Shown one piece after another: positions 24,912-34,935 of a stretch of 64,000 nucleotides of DNA. Location of the stretch: contig OZ242253.1 of NCBI GenBank assembly GCA_965206975.1, forward strand, positions 692,306 through 756,305, given 5' to 3'. Positions within the stretch are counted from its first letter, which is position 1. Every line of letters starts with the position of its first letter. Made by a program: the position numbers and the translations under genes. This DNA comes from Longimicrobiales bacterium. GTDB lineage: Bacteria; Gemmatimonadota; Gemmatimonadetes; Longimicrobiales; Gaopeijiaceae. The notes beneath the pieces were generated by a model. It ran no database searches, had not been told where the DNA came from, and saw only the letters and a list, made by a program, of their open reading frames with translations.

Positions 24912-25514
24912 TCGCTCGCCGCTCCTCGCCTCGTGCACGGACCGCCCGTCCACCTCAAGACGAACCCCGACGAAACGCGAATAGATCCACTGGGCGGAGC
25001 CTCGCGGCCTCGACCAACAGCCCCGTGCGCCCGCCGTAAATGCCGTTCATGCCACAAAGTGCGTTCGTGTGCCTGGGTATTCTTGCGAGGTCACCGACAC
25101 GAGTTTGCCGCCGTCAGGGGAATCGGGATACGAGAGCCGCGGAACCGTCCGTGGCGAGCTCGTCGAAGGCGGGCCGGCGGACACCCTACGGCACGGCCCG
25201 CCGAGTTGCCCTGGCCTCTGGCCCGCTGGCGCCCTGCCAGTTACACCACCGCTCGTTCGGGAGCTGCTTGATGGGGTCCGAGCGAGCGGTGAGGGTCATC
25301 CCGAGACCAGCGCTGTGCTAGCGCGAGCACTCAGCAGGGATCGGGGGAGAGAAGCACAGGCAGAACGCACCGCTAAGGTCTGCCACCGAAGCTTCATCCG
25401 AGATTCAGGCCGGGCACGCCAACCCACGATGCCCGGGTACTCCCGCCGGGTATGGTGCCCCGGAGCCGCGCGACGCCCTCCAGGCCTCGTCGCCCCGGAC
25501 CGAAGAGGAGAAGG

Positions 25515-25937
25515 TCAGGCGCCCTCCGCCTCTTCCGTGTCGTCCCCCGCATCGTCTTCCGAACTGCGAACCGAGGCCCGATACGCAGCCTTCGAACGGT
25601 CGATCCGCTCCTCGAGCTCACTCCTGGCGTGCTGGGCCGCCTCGATCCCCGAATCGACCGCACCCCGAATCGCCTCCACCCGCTCCATCACGTCGCCGCG
25701 CGCCTGATCGATCCGCTCCTCGAACTGGTGCTGGACATCCCGAACGACCCGCTCGGCCCCCTCACCGAGACGAGACGCGCGCTCCCTGATCTCCCTCTGC
25801 GTCTCCTTCCCGGTGCGGGGAGCCAGGAGGAGGGCGGCGCCTGCTCCGAGGATCGCTCCGAGGAGGAACGGGCCAACACCCCCACCCGTCCCCCCGCGCT
25901 CAATGATGATGTGTGGCACGTTGTCGCGCTCTGGCAT
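25515..25937 (-). CDS. YtxH domain-containing protein
   Basis: From ATG 25937: MPERDNVPHIIIERGG…GPFLLGAILGAGAALLLAPRTGKETQREIRERA…, followed by coiled-coil-like repeats. Confidence 0.75.
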   Translation of the reverse strand: MPERDNVPHIIIERGGTGGGVGPFLLGAILGAGAALLLAPRTGKETQREIRERASRLGEGAERVVRDVQHQFEERIDQARGDVMERVEAIRGAVDSGIEAAQHARSELEERIDRSKAAYRASVRSSEDDAGDDTEEAEGA

Positions 25938-26048
25938 TCCGATTCCTCCGTCGATTCCGTCGGGAGTGGGGCCTGACCGTACCCGATCGTAGGGAAAATA
26001 GTGCGCCGGTCGATCGGGACATAGGGGACCACGCACCCTTAGAACACC

Positions 26049-26843
26049 CTACCGCCCCCCGTCCGGAAGCTCCACCTGAAGTCCGTCATAAGCGGGAGAG
26101 ACGCCCCCCGGCAGGCGCGCGTCCAACTCCGCGTGCGAGACCCGGTGGGTCAGGTGCGTCAGGAAGGTTTTCCCTGCTCCGATCCGCGCGGCCGTCTCGA
26201 CCGCCTCCTCAATGTTTAGGTGCGTCGGGTGCGGATTCCCCCACCAGAGGGCGTTCAGGACGAGAACATCGACGCCCCGGAGCGCCGCGAGTGTTTCCCC
26301 GGGGAGCTCCTTCGCATCGGTCAGGTACCCGAGCGCGCCCACCCGGAAGCCTAGGACCCGGAGGGACCCGTGCAGGACCTCGAGAGGCAGGAAGTCGGCT
26401 TCGGCGATTTTCGCCCACCGCCCTGCTCGTAGCGTTCGCAGCGAGACCTGGGGCTTCGAGGCCCCCTCGCCGGGCTGGACGGTGGGATCGAAGATGTAGT
26501 CGAAGCGACGAGTGAGGACCGCCTTCGCATCCTCAGATGCGTACGCGTCCACGCTTCGCCCACTCCGGAGGGAGAAGATCCTCAGGTCGTCGATCCCGTG
26601 CAGGTGGTCCGCATGGAGATGGGTATACCAGACAGCGTCCACCCGCTCGACGCCCTCGCGAATCAGCTGAACCCGGAGCTCGGGCGGCGTATCGACGAGC
26701 ACGGTGCGGCCGTCATCCCAGGAGATCAGCGCCGCGTGCCTAGTCCGACAGTCCCTGCGATCGGCCGAGGTGCAGACGGCGCAACGGCACCCCACGACCG
26801 GAACCCCGAGGGAAGTACCCGTCCCGAGAAACGTGAGCCTCAA
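26049..26843 (-). CDS. MBL-fold metallo-hydrolase (PhnP-like)
   Basis: MRLTFLGTGTSLGVPVVGCRCAVCTS…VWYTHLHADHLHGIDDLR… (HxHxDH motif). Confidence 0.85.
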   Translation of the reverse strand: MRLTFLGTGTSLGVPVVGCRCAVCTSADRRDCRTRHAALISWDDGRTVLVDTPPELRVQLIREGVERVDAVWYTHLHADHLHGIDDLRIFSLRSGRSVDAYASEDAKAVLTRRFDYIFDPTVQPGEGASKPQVSLRTLRAGRWAKIAEADFLPLEVLHGSLRVLGFRVGALGYLTDAKELPGETLAALRGVDVLVLNALWWGNPHPTHLNIEEAVETAARIGAGKTFLTHLTHRVSHAELDARLPGGVSPAYDGLQVELPDGGR

Positions 26844-26893
26844 GGGATGCTTCGACGTAGCGTCATCGGTTCACGGGACCGTCGCCTCCGTCC

Positions 26894-28312
26894 TCACAAG
26901 CGCTCCACCCGAAGGGTATTCGTCGTCCCGCTCTCGTGAAACGGGACGCCCGCGGTCACAACGACGCACTCCCCCGGCGAGGCGAACCCTGAGTCGAGGA
27001 TCGCCCGCTTCCCGAGGCCACTCAGCGCCTCGTAGGTGATCCTCTCCTCGGTAGCGAGGACGGGCCAGACGCCCCAGACGGCGGAGAGCTGGCTGTAGGT
27101 CCGGGGATCGGTCGTGACCGCGAAGATTGGGACCGCGGGGCGGTGCGAGGAGACGAGGCGGGCGGAAAACCCGCTCGACGACAGGACGAGGACCGCGGGT
27201 GCGTTGATCTGGCGCACCGCGTCAACGAGCCCGGAGGCAATCGCCTGCTCCGTCGGGCTTGCCCCCGTCCGGTCCGCGGGGGTCGGGTTCCCCAGGTACT
27301 TCGGGCCCGACGACAGCACCCCGCTCTTCTCGATCTCTGCGATGATCCGCCACGCGGCCTCGACGGCGAGCCGCGGGTGGCGGCCGATCGCCGTCTCTCC
27401 GGAAAGCATCACGCAGTCCGTGCCGTCGAGGACCGCGTTGGCCACGTCCGACGCCTCGGCCCGCGTGGGGCGTGCGTGGTTGATCATCGACTCGAGCATC
27501 TGCGTGGCGGTGATGACGGGCCTCGTGTGCAGGTTTGCCTTCTCGATGATCCGCTTCTGGGCGAGGGGCACCTCCTCGAAGGGAAGCTCGACACCGAGGT
27601 CCCCCCGGGCGATCATGATCATGTCCGCCACGTCGAGGATCTCGTCGATCGCCCCGACGGCGCGCGCCATCTCGATCTTCGCCACCACGTGCGCCCGGCC
27701 CGCCACCCGCCTCTTCAGGTCGGAAACATCCGCCGCGGTACGGACGAAGGAGAGCCCCACGAACTCGACACCGAGCTCGAGCGCGGCGTCCAGATCCGTC
27801 AGGTCCTTCTGGGTCAGGCTCGATTCCGAGAGAACCTCGGAGGGGATGTTGATTCCTTGATTGCTTCGGATCACGCCGTCCCTCACGACCTGGAAGGCGA
27901 CACGGCAATCCTCCACCCCGGTGCATTCGAGCTCGATCAGCCCGTCGTCGACCGCCACCCTGACGCCCGGCCTCATGTCGGCCGCGATCCCCTCGTACGT
28001 CGTCGGGATCTCCCCCTCCCGGACCTGTCCCTCGTACGCCATCACGATCTCGGCGCCGGGCAAGGCGTGGACCGGTTCCGGGAGGCGCCCCACGCGAATT
28101 TTCGGGCCGCCCAGGTCCGCAAGTATCGCGACCGGACGGCGTTCGACGCGGGCCGCAGCGCGGACGGACTCGACCATCCGCCGGCGATCGTCGTCCGCGC
28201 CATGCGCCATGTTGATCCGCGCCACATCCATGCCGCACGCGACGAGCGCCGCGATGTCGTCCGGTTCCGACGTCGCGGGGCCCAGCGTACAGATGATCTT
28301 CGTTCTGAGCAT
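26894..28312 (-). CDS. pyk: Pyruvate kinase
   Basis: MLRTKIICTLGPATSEPDDI…MDVARINMAHG…IARGDLGVELP…MLSGETA…. Confidence 0.95.
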   Translation of the reverse strand: MLRTKIICTLGPATSEPDDIAALVACGMDVARINMAHGADDDRRRMVESVRAAARVERRPVAILADLGGPKIRVGRLPEPVHALPGAEIVMAYEGQVREGEIPTTYEGIAADMRPGVRVAVDDGLIELECTGVEDCRVAFQVVRDGVIRSNQGINIPSEVLSESSLTQKDLTDLDAALELGVEFVGLSFVRTAADVSDLKRRVAGRAHVVAKIEMARAVGAIDEILDVADMIMIARGDLGVELPFEEVPLAQKRIIEKANLHTRPVITATQMLESMINHARPTRAEASDVANAVLDGTDCVMLSGETAIGRHPRLAVEAAWRIIAEIEKSGVLSSGPKYLGNPTPADRTGASPTEQAIASGLVDAVRQINAPAVLVLSSSGFSARLVSSHRPAVPIFAVTTDPRTYSQLSAVWGVWPVLATEERITYEALSGLGKRAILDSGFASPGECVVVTAGVPFHESGTTNTLRVERL

Positions 28313-28567
28313 CGGAGCCGAAACTCCGGGGAAGAGGAGGAGTCTCTACCGCGCCCGTCGAAGTTCGTCCGGTGGGAGGGGGCAGGCAAGCGGTGCCGGG
28401 CCCGAAAGCAGGCGGAACCAAGGGCGTTTCTTCGGGTATTGGGTGGATTATCGAGGATCCCGGTTCGGACGCCGCGCGGCTCCGGGTTCCGCGATCCTCT
28501 CCCGGCAGTGGACGTGCCCTCCACTAGCAAATCGGATCTCGTTGGCCCTCAGGTGACGTCACGGAAG

Positions 28568-29704
28568 ATGATGATCCAGTATGTGGACGATCCGACGAGC
28601 CTCGAGGATGCAAGGGCCGCGCTCGCGGATGCGGACGCGTTCGCGGTGGACTGCGAGGCCGCCGGATTCCATCGCTACTCGGACCGTCTCTGCCTCCTGC
28701 AGGTCACGTGCGGCGAGCGGACGTACCTCTTCGACCCATTCGTGCTGGACCCGGCGCCGGCTCTCGAAGAGCCCCTTCGCGACCCGTCCGTCGAGGTCGT
28801 GATGCATGGGGCGGACTTCGACCTCCGCCTCCTCGACCGGGATCTGGGGCTTCGCGTCCGATCTCTCTTCGACACGCAGATCGCCGCCTCCCTCCTCGGC
28901 GTCACCGGGGTGGGGCTCCAGACGCTCCTCAGGGACCGTTTCGGGATCCGCCTCTCGAAGAAGTACCAGCAGGCGGACTGGGCGATGCGTCCGCTCCCGG
29001 AGCCAATGCTCGAGTACGCGGCTCGCGATACCGCGCACCTTGAGGATCTCGCGCGTGAGCTCCGCAGGGAGCTCGTGGACGCCGGACGCCTCGAGTGGGC
29101 GATGGAGGAGTCCCGGGCGCTGGAGTTGGTCCGCTTCGAGCTCCCGCCGGCGAGGGATCGGGTCCTCCAGGTCCGGGAGGCTCGAAGCCTCGGGGCCCGA
29201 GAGGTCGACCGGCTCCGGGAGGCGCTCGAATGGAGGGACGAGATCGCCCGGGAACGCGACCGCGCGCCCTTCCGGATCGCCGGAAACCGGACGCTCATGG
29301 AGGCGGCCGTGAGGAACCCCGGGACGGTCGAGGAGCTCACCGAACTCGGGGGGATGAACGCCGCGCTCGCCCGCGAGCGGGGCGGCGAGCTCATCCGCCG
29401 GTTCCGCTCCGTGACCGGAAAGCCGGCGGGAGCGCTTACCGGCTACCCGCTCAACGCCGCCTACGGCAATGGGTCGAGCCGCCGGCTCGACCCGCAGGTC
29501 GAGGAGCGGCTGACGAGGCTCAAGGCCGTGCGCAACGCGACGGCCGAGCGGCTCGGCGTGGATCGCGGCACCCTCCTTTCCAATGCAATCCTCGAGGTGA
29601 TCGCCGAGGCCGCCCCGGCGCGGCGCGAGGAGCTCGCCACCGTGGGCGGAATTCGACAGTGGCAATCCGATGTGCTCGGCGCCGAGCTACTGGCGTCGGT
29701 ATGA
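28568..29704 (+). CDS. rnd: Ribonuclease D
   Basis: From ATG 28568: MMIQYVDDPTSLEDARAALADADAFAVDCEAAGFHRYSDRLCLLQV…MHGADFDLRLL…ADWAMRPLPEPMLEYAARDT… It has DEDD and HRDC-like regions. The long upstream extension in the ORF track is antisense to pyk and was rejected. Confidence 0.9.
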   Translation: MMIQYVDDPTSLEDARAALADADAFAVDCEAAGFHRYSDRLCLLQVTCGERTYLFDPFVLDPAPALEEPLRDPSVEVVMHGADFDLRLLDRDLGLRVRSLFDTQIAASLLGVTGVGLQTLLRDRFGIRLSKKYQQADWAMRPLPEPMLEYAARDTAHLEDLARELRRELVDAGRLEWAMEESRALELVRFELPPARDRVLQVREARSLGAREVDRLREALEWRDEIARERDRAPFRIAGNRTLMEAAVRNPGTVEELTELGGMNAALARERGGELIRRFRSVTGKPAGALTGYPLNAAYGNGSSRRLDPQVEERLTRLKAVRNATAERLGVDRGTLLSNAILEVIAEAAPARREELATVGGIRQWQSDVLGAELLASV

Positions 29705-29780
29705 GACCGTGTTTCGGCGACTCGCGGTCCCCGCGAAAGGGGCCCACGAACCCACTGAACCATTGAACCCGGAGGCCTAA

Positions 29781-30158
29781 TTGGCTGCGGAGATGCTTGA
29801 GCGCGAAGACCTTTCCATATATGTGGTCGCCGGCGTTCCGAAGAGCTTCAAGAAGAAGCTCCTCAAGTTTGTTGACGGGGAAGCGAAGGCGGGTGGCGAG
29901 GTGATGCTCCTCGACGAGGAGATGACCGAATGGATTCTGGCCCGCGTCAAGGGGGAGAAGCGGCGGAGCCACGAGCAGACGCCCGGATCATCCGCCCTCT
30001 GGCGTGCCTACCGGGCGCTCAGCGCGGCCCGCTATCACCTGCAGGACCAGCCCATCGAGCTGAAGATCCGAAGCGTCCGGGACGAGATCGAGGAGCTGTG
30101 GAGGGACACGAGCCCCCTCCATGAGAACCGGGAAGAGTCGTTGGAAGGGGTCGGATAG
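29781..30158 (+). CDS. Hypothetical protein (no family recognised)
   Basis: 125-aa ORF with GGAGG 5 nt upstream of TTG 29781 (alternative ATG at 29793). Codon third positions are mostly G/C. Confidence 0.5.
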   Translation: MAAEMLEREDLSIYVVAGVPKSFKKKLLKFVDGEAKAGGEVMLLDEEMTEWILARVKGEKRRSHEQTPGSSALWRAYRALSAARYHLQDQPIELKIRSVRDEIEELWRDTSPLHENREESLEGVG

Positions 30159-30226
30159 CTTGCCGCTGGCCCGACCTTCGCCTCTGCATGTGATCGCTCC
30201 GGACCCCGGACCCTGAAGCGGGGGTC

Positions 30227-30442
30227 CTAGGCAGAGCCACCCCCGCACGCCTTTGCCGACGCGGCGCAGCTCGAGCGGCTCCTGTCCATCCCCGGCTCGA
30301 CCTCGTTCCCGCCGCCGGCGGTTGCGGGACAGGCGCCGTGCCCTCCCTCGGTCGGTTCAGAGGTCCCGGCATGGTGCAGCGAGTTCACGACGATCACCGC
30401 GCCGGTCAGGTCGCGTTCGGGGCGCACGAGCTGCCTCCCCAC
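30227..30442 (-). CDS. Possible small Cys/Gly/Ala-rich protein (71 aa), unassigned
   Basis: GTG start with an upstream AGAGG and strong G/C third-position bias. C-terminus: …GHGACPATAGGGNEVEPGMDRSRSSCAASAKACGGGSA. No homology recognised. Confidence 0.25.
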   Translation of the reverse strand: MGRQLVRPERDLTGAVIVVNSLHHAGTSEPTEGGHGACPATAGGGNEVEPGMDRSRSSCAASAKACGGGSA

Positions 30443-30736
30443 ATGGGCCTCTGAGTCGTACGGCTCAAGTAGGCAGCCCGGGGCTCGGGCGGCGAGCTTC
30501 CTCTGCTCCGGCGGCGGCAGGGATAAAGCCGGGGGAATCCGGGTTCGCGTCGCTTGGTTGCAGCCAAAACCTCTAGCCCGTGCCGGGCGGATGTAGGCCG
30601 GACACGCCGCGAGACCCTACCTCGTCTCCATACAGCGCTCCCGAGCCCGGATCGTGGCTCGGGGTGGAGCGGGCCCGCGGCGAGGCCACGCGGGGCAAGT
30701 CATGTACCCACGCATGTGCCGCGAGGACAGCAGGCG

Positions 30737-31120
30737 TCAGAGGGATTCCTCTTCCTCCTTCACCTTGCAATCGATGCAGTACCGCGCGTGGGGGAGCGCC
30801 TCGAGGCGTCCGAACGGAACCGCCGCCCCGCACGTATGACAGGTCCCGAAGCTCTTCGGATCGTCGTACAGGCGCCGCAACGCCTCCTCGAGCCTGTACA
30901 GGTAGCGCCCTTCCTTCGTGGCGAACAGCGCCGCTTTCTCCCGCTCCATCGACTCCGTTCCCTGGTCCGCCATGTGGTCGGTGTAGGCTGACAGGTCGGA
31001 ATCCGCCGACTCCCGGCCCGCCTTGGCCATCTCGTCGAAGAGGCCAAGGGACCGGAGCGCTCTCGAACGTTCGGCGAGGAGGCGCTGCTCGATGTGATCC
31101 AGCTGCGACTTCGTGAGCAT
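30737..31120 (-). CDS. DksA/TraR-family C4 zinc-finger protein
   Basis: MLTKSQLDHIEQRLLAER…CHTCGAAVPFGRLEALPHARYCIDCK…. Confidence 0.85.
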   Translation of the reverse strand: MLTKSQLDHIEQRLLAERSRALRSLGLFDEMAKAGRESADSDLSAYTDHMADQGTESMEREKAALFATKEGRYLYRLEEALRRLYDDPKSFGTCHTCGAAVPFGRLEALPHARYCIDCKVKEEEESL

Positions 31121-31254
31121 CGGGTGGCCTTGGACCGAGAGAAACTCGCGGAACGGGCCCGGGTAGTGCGAACAACGCGGGGCCCGGCCCGAACTTCTGG
31201 CTAGCTCGGAAAAGTACTGCCTCAGTCACCGCGAAGCTACCATCGGGAGGGAGC

Positions 31255-31533
31255 GTGGAAGTCGTCGAGTGTCGGCGGTGTTCAGAGGAGAAGGAGGCGC
31301 TAGCGACTCCCCCATTTCGGGACGAGCGCGGAGCGAGGATCCGGGCCGAGATCTGCAAGGGCTGCTGGACCGAGTGGCTTCAGCACCAGACGCTCCTGAT
31401 CAACCACTACGGCCTGGATCCCCGCGAACGGAAATCGAGGGAGTTCCTCTACACGCAGATCGACGAGGTTCTCCTCGGCGACGCAGACGCGGAGCAGGTG
31501 GACACGACAAAGCAGGGAACGATCGAGTGGTAG
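31255..31533 (+). CDS. yggX: Fe(2+)-trafficking / oxidative damage protection protein YggX
   Basis: (M)EVVECRRCSEEKEALATPPFRDERGARIRAEICKGCWTEWLQHQTLLINHYGLDPRE… matches the YggX pattern. Confidence 0.85.
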   Translation: MEVVECRRCSEEKEALATPPFRDERGARIRAEICKGCWTEWLQHQTLLINHYGLDPRERKSREFLYTQIDEVLLGDADAEQVDTTKQGTIEW

Positions 31534-31692
31534 CGACCGGAGCGTGCGCGTGCACCACCGCGCTGGCCGGCACCCTTCACCCGGGGCCCGGCCCCTAGAG
31601 CTGCGAGCCGGTAGGCGGGCCGGCGGATCTGGGCGCGGCTCGAACCCGTAGCGGGCTGCAACCACTCGGCGGCATCCTGAAGTCGACCGGCT

Positions 31693-32925
31693 TCAGGACG
31701 CCACGCCTTCGCCAGCGAGGACGGGCGCAATCTCCTCGAGCGCGGCTTCGAGGACCTCTCGGTCGACGATGAGCGGCGGGGCGAATCGCACCACTTGGCG
31801 GTGGGTCTCCTTCGCGAGGATCCCCCTCCGCATCAGCGCCTCGCAGAACGGCCGCGCAGGCCCGGAGGATTCCCTGATCACCACGCCAATCATGAGACCC
31901 CGCCCCCGAACCTGAGCCACGTGCGGCGAGTCGAGCGCCCGGAGCTCGTCGATAAACCACCGGCCAACGGAGTCCGCCCGCTCCGAGAGCCGCTCGTCCA
32001 GGATTACGGCGAGCGCCGCCCGGGCGACGGCCGCCCCTAAGGGATTCCCGCCGAAGGTCGACCCGTGGTCGCCCGGCCGGAAGACGTCCATGTACTCTTC
32101 CGCCGCGAGTGCGGCCGAGACGGGGTATACGCCGCCGCCGAGCGCCTTCCCGACGATCAGGACATCGGGCCGGACCCCCTCCCAGTCTGAGCAGAAGAGC
32201 CGGCCGGTGCGGCCGAGGCCCGTCTGGATCTCGTCGGCGATCAGCGCAACGCGGTTCTCCCCGCAGAGATCACGCGCCGCCGCCAAATAGCCCTCCGGGG
32301 GGACGACGACCCCGGCCTCCCCCTGAATCGGCTCGACCAGGAACCCCACCGTATTCGGGGAAATCGCCGCCCGGAGCGCCCCGACGTCCCCATACGGTAC
32401 CATTCGGAACCCCGGGGTGAAGGGCCCGAAGCCCGCCCGGTAGTTCTCCTCGGAGGAGAAGGAGATGATCGTCGTCGTGCGCCCTGCGAAGTTGCCCTCG
32501 CATACGATGATCTCGGACGCATCCTGGGGCACCCCCTTCACCTCGACGCCCCACCTTCGCACCATCTTGATTGCCGTCTCGACCGCCTCCGCCCCCGTGT
32601 TCATCGGCAGCGCCTTCCCGTATCCCGTCGCTCGGCAGAGCTCGGCAAGGAAGGGACCCGCCTGATCGTTGTGGAAGGCCCGCGAGGTCAGCGTCAGGCG
32701 CTCCAGCTGTTCGAGCGCCGCCGATACGATCCGCGGGTGCCTATGCCCTTGGTTCAGCGCCGAATAGGCGGAGAGCATGTCCAGGTAGCGCTCGCCCCGG
32801 ACGTCCCACACCCAAACCCCTTCCCCCCGGTCGAGGACCACGGGTAAGGGCTGGTAGTTGCGGGCGCACCACCGCTCGGCCGAGCGGATGAGCGCCTCTT
32901 CCCTTGCCTGGACGGATTCGGTCAA
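31693..32925 (-). CDS. rocD: Ornithine--oxo-acid aminotransferase
   Basis: …[45 protein letters not shown]…TSRAFHNDQ…[10 protein letters not shown]… closely resembles RocD. Start chosen at TTG 32925 (GGAG upstream); the ORF is open up to GTG 33057. Confidence 0.88.
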   Translation of the reverse strand: MTESVQAREEALIRSAERWCARNYQPLPVVLDRGEGVWVWDVRGERYLDMLSAYSALNQGHRHPRIVSAALEQLERLTLTSRAFHNDQAGPFLAELCRATGYGKALPMNTGAEAVETAIKMVRRWGVEVKGVPQDASEIIVCEGNFAGRTTTIISFSSEENYRAGFGPFTPGFRMVPYGDVGALRAAISPNTVGFLVEPIQGEAGVVVPPEGYLAAARDLCGENRVALIADEIQTGLGRTGRLFCSDWEGVRPDVLIVGKALGGGVYPVSAALAAEEYMDVFRPGDHGSTFGGNPLGAAVARAALAVILDERLSERADSVGRWFIDELRALDSPHVAQVRGRGLMIGVVIRESSGPARPFCEALMRRGILAKETHRQVVRFAPPLIVDREVLEAALEEIAPVLAGEGVAS

Positions 32926-33108
32926 CGGCCCACTCCAATCGAACTGCCGGGAGCTCTCAAATCGCACAACGACCGAGTCTACCAACGCAGCGGCGGGCGG
33001 ATCAAGGCCCCGCGCCACCGACGCGGCGGCGAGTCTCCCCGAGTTGCCCCCCGCCACCCCTCGCCGCCCGGTTGCCGGAGCGCACCTCCAAGGCTACCGT
33101 GGGGCACT

Positions 33109-34812
33109 ATGACTCCAGGAACCGCTGCTCTCCTCGCCGTCCTCCCGATCCTCGTCGCGGCAGTCCTCCTTATCGGATTCAGGGTCCCCGCGAAGTTGGC
33201 GATGCCGATCGTCTACCTCGTCGCCGTGATCCTCGCGTTCGCCGCCTGGCAGGTGGAGCTGGTCCGCCTCGCGGCGGCCACGATCCAGGGACTCTTCATC
33301 TCCTTCGATCTCCTCTTCATCATCTTCGGCGCGATCCTTCTCCTTCACACCCTCGAGAAGTCTGGTGGGGTCGCGGCAATTCGGCGGAGCTTTCACGGGG
33401 TGAGCGATGACCGCCGGGTACAGCTCGTAATCATCGCGTGGCTCTTCGGCTCCTTCATCGAGGGAGCCGCCGGTTTCGGCGCGCCCGCCGCGGTGGCCGC
33501 CCCCCTGATGGTGGCGATGGGCTTTCCAGCCGCGAGCGCCGTGATGATCGGGATGATGATCCAGAGTACGCCCGTGACCTTCGGGGCCGTGGGGACACCC
33601 GTTCTCGTCGGGCTCTCGGGGGGGCTCGGCGGAGCCGACTTCGATGCCGCGCTCGGGGCTGCTGGGATGGAGATGATCGACTACCTGCGGCTCGTCACCC
33701 GACGCATCGTCGTCCTTCACGGGATCGCCGGCGTCCTCATGCCGACCTTCATGGTGGTGATGCTTACCCGGTTCTTCGGTCGGAACCGGTCGTGGACGGA
33801 GGGACTTTCCGTCCTCCCCTTCACCCTCTTCGGGGGGATCGCATTCGTCGTTCCCTATATCCTCATCGGATTCGTCTTCGGACCCGAGTTCCCCTCCCTC
33901 CTCGGCGCGCCGATCGGGCTCGCCATCGTGGTCTTCGCAGCCAGGCGGGGATTCCTCCTTCCGGAGGATACGTGGGAGTTCGCCGAGGCCTCGAGCTGGC
34001 CGTCCGACTGGGTCAGCGGACTCGAGATCAGCGAAGAGCAGGCCCGCCGGGAGGGGCATGCGAGCAAGATCTCTGGACCGGTGGCATGGGCCCCCTACGC
34101 ACTCCTCGGTCTGCTCCTCGTACTTACGCGGTTGCCGCAGCTGCCGATCCAGGGGCTCCTCCAGGCACCCGCAATCACCTGGTCAAACATCTTCGGAACG
34201 GGGATCAGTGGATCGACGACGCCCCTCTACCTCCCGGGATTCGTCCTCATCGTGGTGGTCGGGATCACCTTCTTCCTCCACCGGATGCGCGTGCCGGCCC
34301 TGGTCAGCGCCACCCGCGACGCGGCCCGCGTACTCGTCGGAGCGGGGTTCGTCCTCGTCTTCACCGTTCCGATGGTACGGGTCTACATCAACTCGGACGT
34401 GAACGGGGCAGGGCTCGCGAGCATGCCGCTCGAGATGGCAGAGTGGGTCGCGAGCAGCGTAGGACCGGTGTGGCCGATGTTCGCCGGCATGACGGGGGCA
34501 CTCGGGGCCTTCATCGCGGGGTCGAACACCGTGAGCAATCTCATGTTCTCCGCCTTCCAGTACGGCGTGGCCGAGCAGCTCGCCGTCTCCACGATGATGA
34601 TCGTCGCCCTCCAAGCCGTCGGGGCGGCGGCAGGCAACATGGTCGCGATCCACAATGTGGTCGCGGCCTCGGCAACCGTGGGCCTCCTCGGGAAGGAGGG
34701 GGCGACCCTCAGGAAGACGATCCTGCCCACGATCTACTACCTGCTCGTGATCGGCACTCTGGGCCTGATCGCCGTTAACGTGATCGGGGTCACCGACCCG
34801 CTCCTCCGGTAG
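33109..34812 (+). CDS. lctP: L-lactate permease (LctP family)
   Basis: 567-aa polytopic membrane protein: …[27 protein letters not shown]…[29 protein letters not shown]…. Confidence 0.88.
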   Translation: MTPGTAALLAVLPILVAAVLLIGFRVPAKLAMPIVYLVAVILAFAAWQVELVRLAAATIQGLFISFDLLFIIFGAILLLHTLEKSGGVAAIRRSFHGVSDDRRVQLVIIAWLFGSFIEGAAGFGAPAAVAAPLMVAMGFPAASAVMIGMMIQSTPVTFGAVGTPVLVGLSGGLGGADFDAALGAAGMEMIDYLRLVTRRIVVLHGIAGVLMPTFMVVMLTRFFGRNRSWTEGLSVLPFTLFGGIAFVVPYILIGFVFGPEFPSLLGAPIGLAIVVFAARRGFLLPEDTWEFAEASSWPSDWVSGLEISEEQARREGHASKISGPVAWAPYALLGLLLVLTRLPQLPIQGLLQAPAITWSNIFGTGISGSTTPLYLPGFVLIVVVGITFFLHRMRVPALVSATRDAARVLVGAGFVLVFTVPMVRVYINSDVNGAGLASMPLEMAEWVASSVGPVWPMFAGMTGALGAFIAGSNTVSNLMFSAFQYGVAEQLAVSTMMIVALQAVGAAAGNMVAIHNVVAASATVGLLGKEGATLRKTILPTIYYLLVIGTLGLIAVNVIGVTDPLLR

Positions 34813-34935
34813 CCCGCCGGGGCTAGGCCCGGGAGTCGTTGCTCGGTATCTTTCGCGGCACCGCAACCGACCCCTGAGCCAAGATAGGCCGGCGTTCCCC
34901 TCGCACCCGGTTCGACACCCCCCGACGGAGTCCTC

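Noticed and set aside
24954-25514. tmRNA (ssrA) or RNase P RNA next to smpB
   Set aside because: I could not find any tmRNA hallmark on either strand: the 5' GGGG…GGNTTCGAC element, a 3' T-arm (GGTTCGANTCC), an …UCCACCA end or an Ala-rich tag ORF ending in a stop. RNase P CR-I and CR-IV motifs are also absent. The region is kept as an unexplained structured region, not called as a known RNA.
27143-28567. Upstream 475 aa of ORF 27143..29704
   Set aside because: It is antisense to pyruvate kinase. RNase D homology begins only at ATG 28568.
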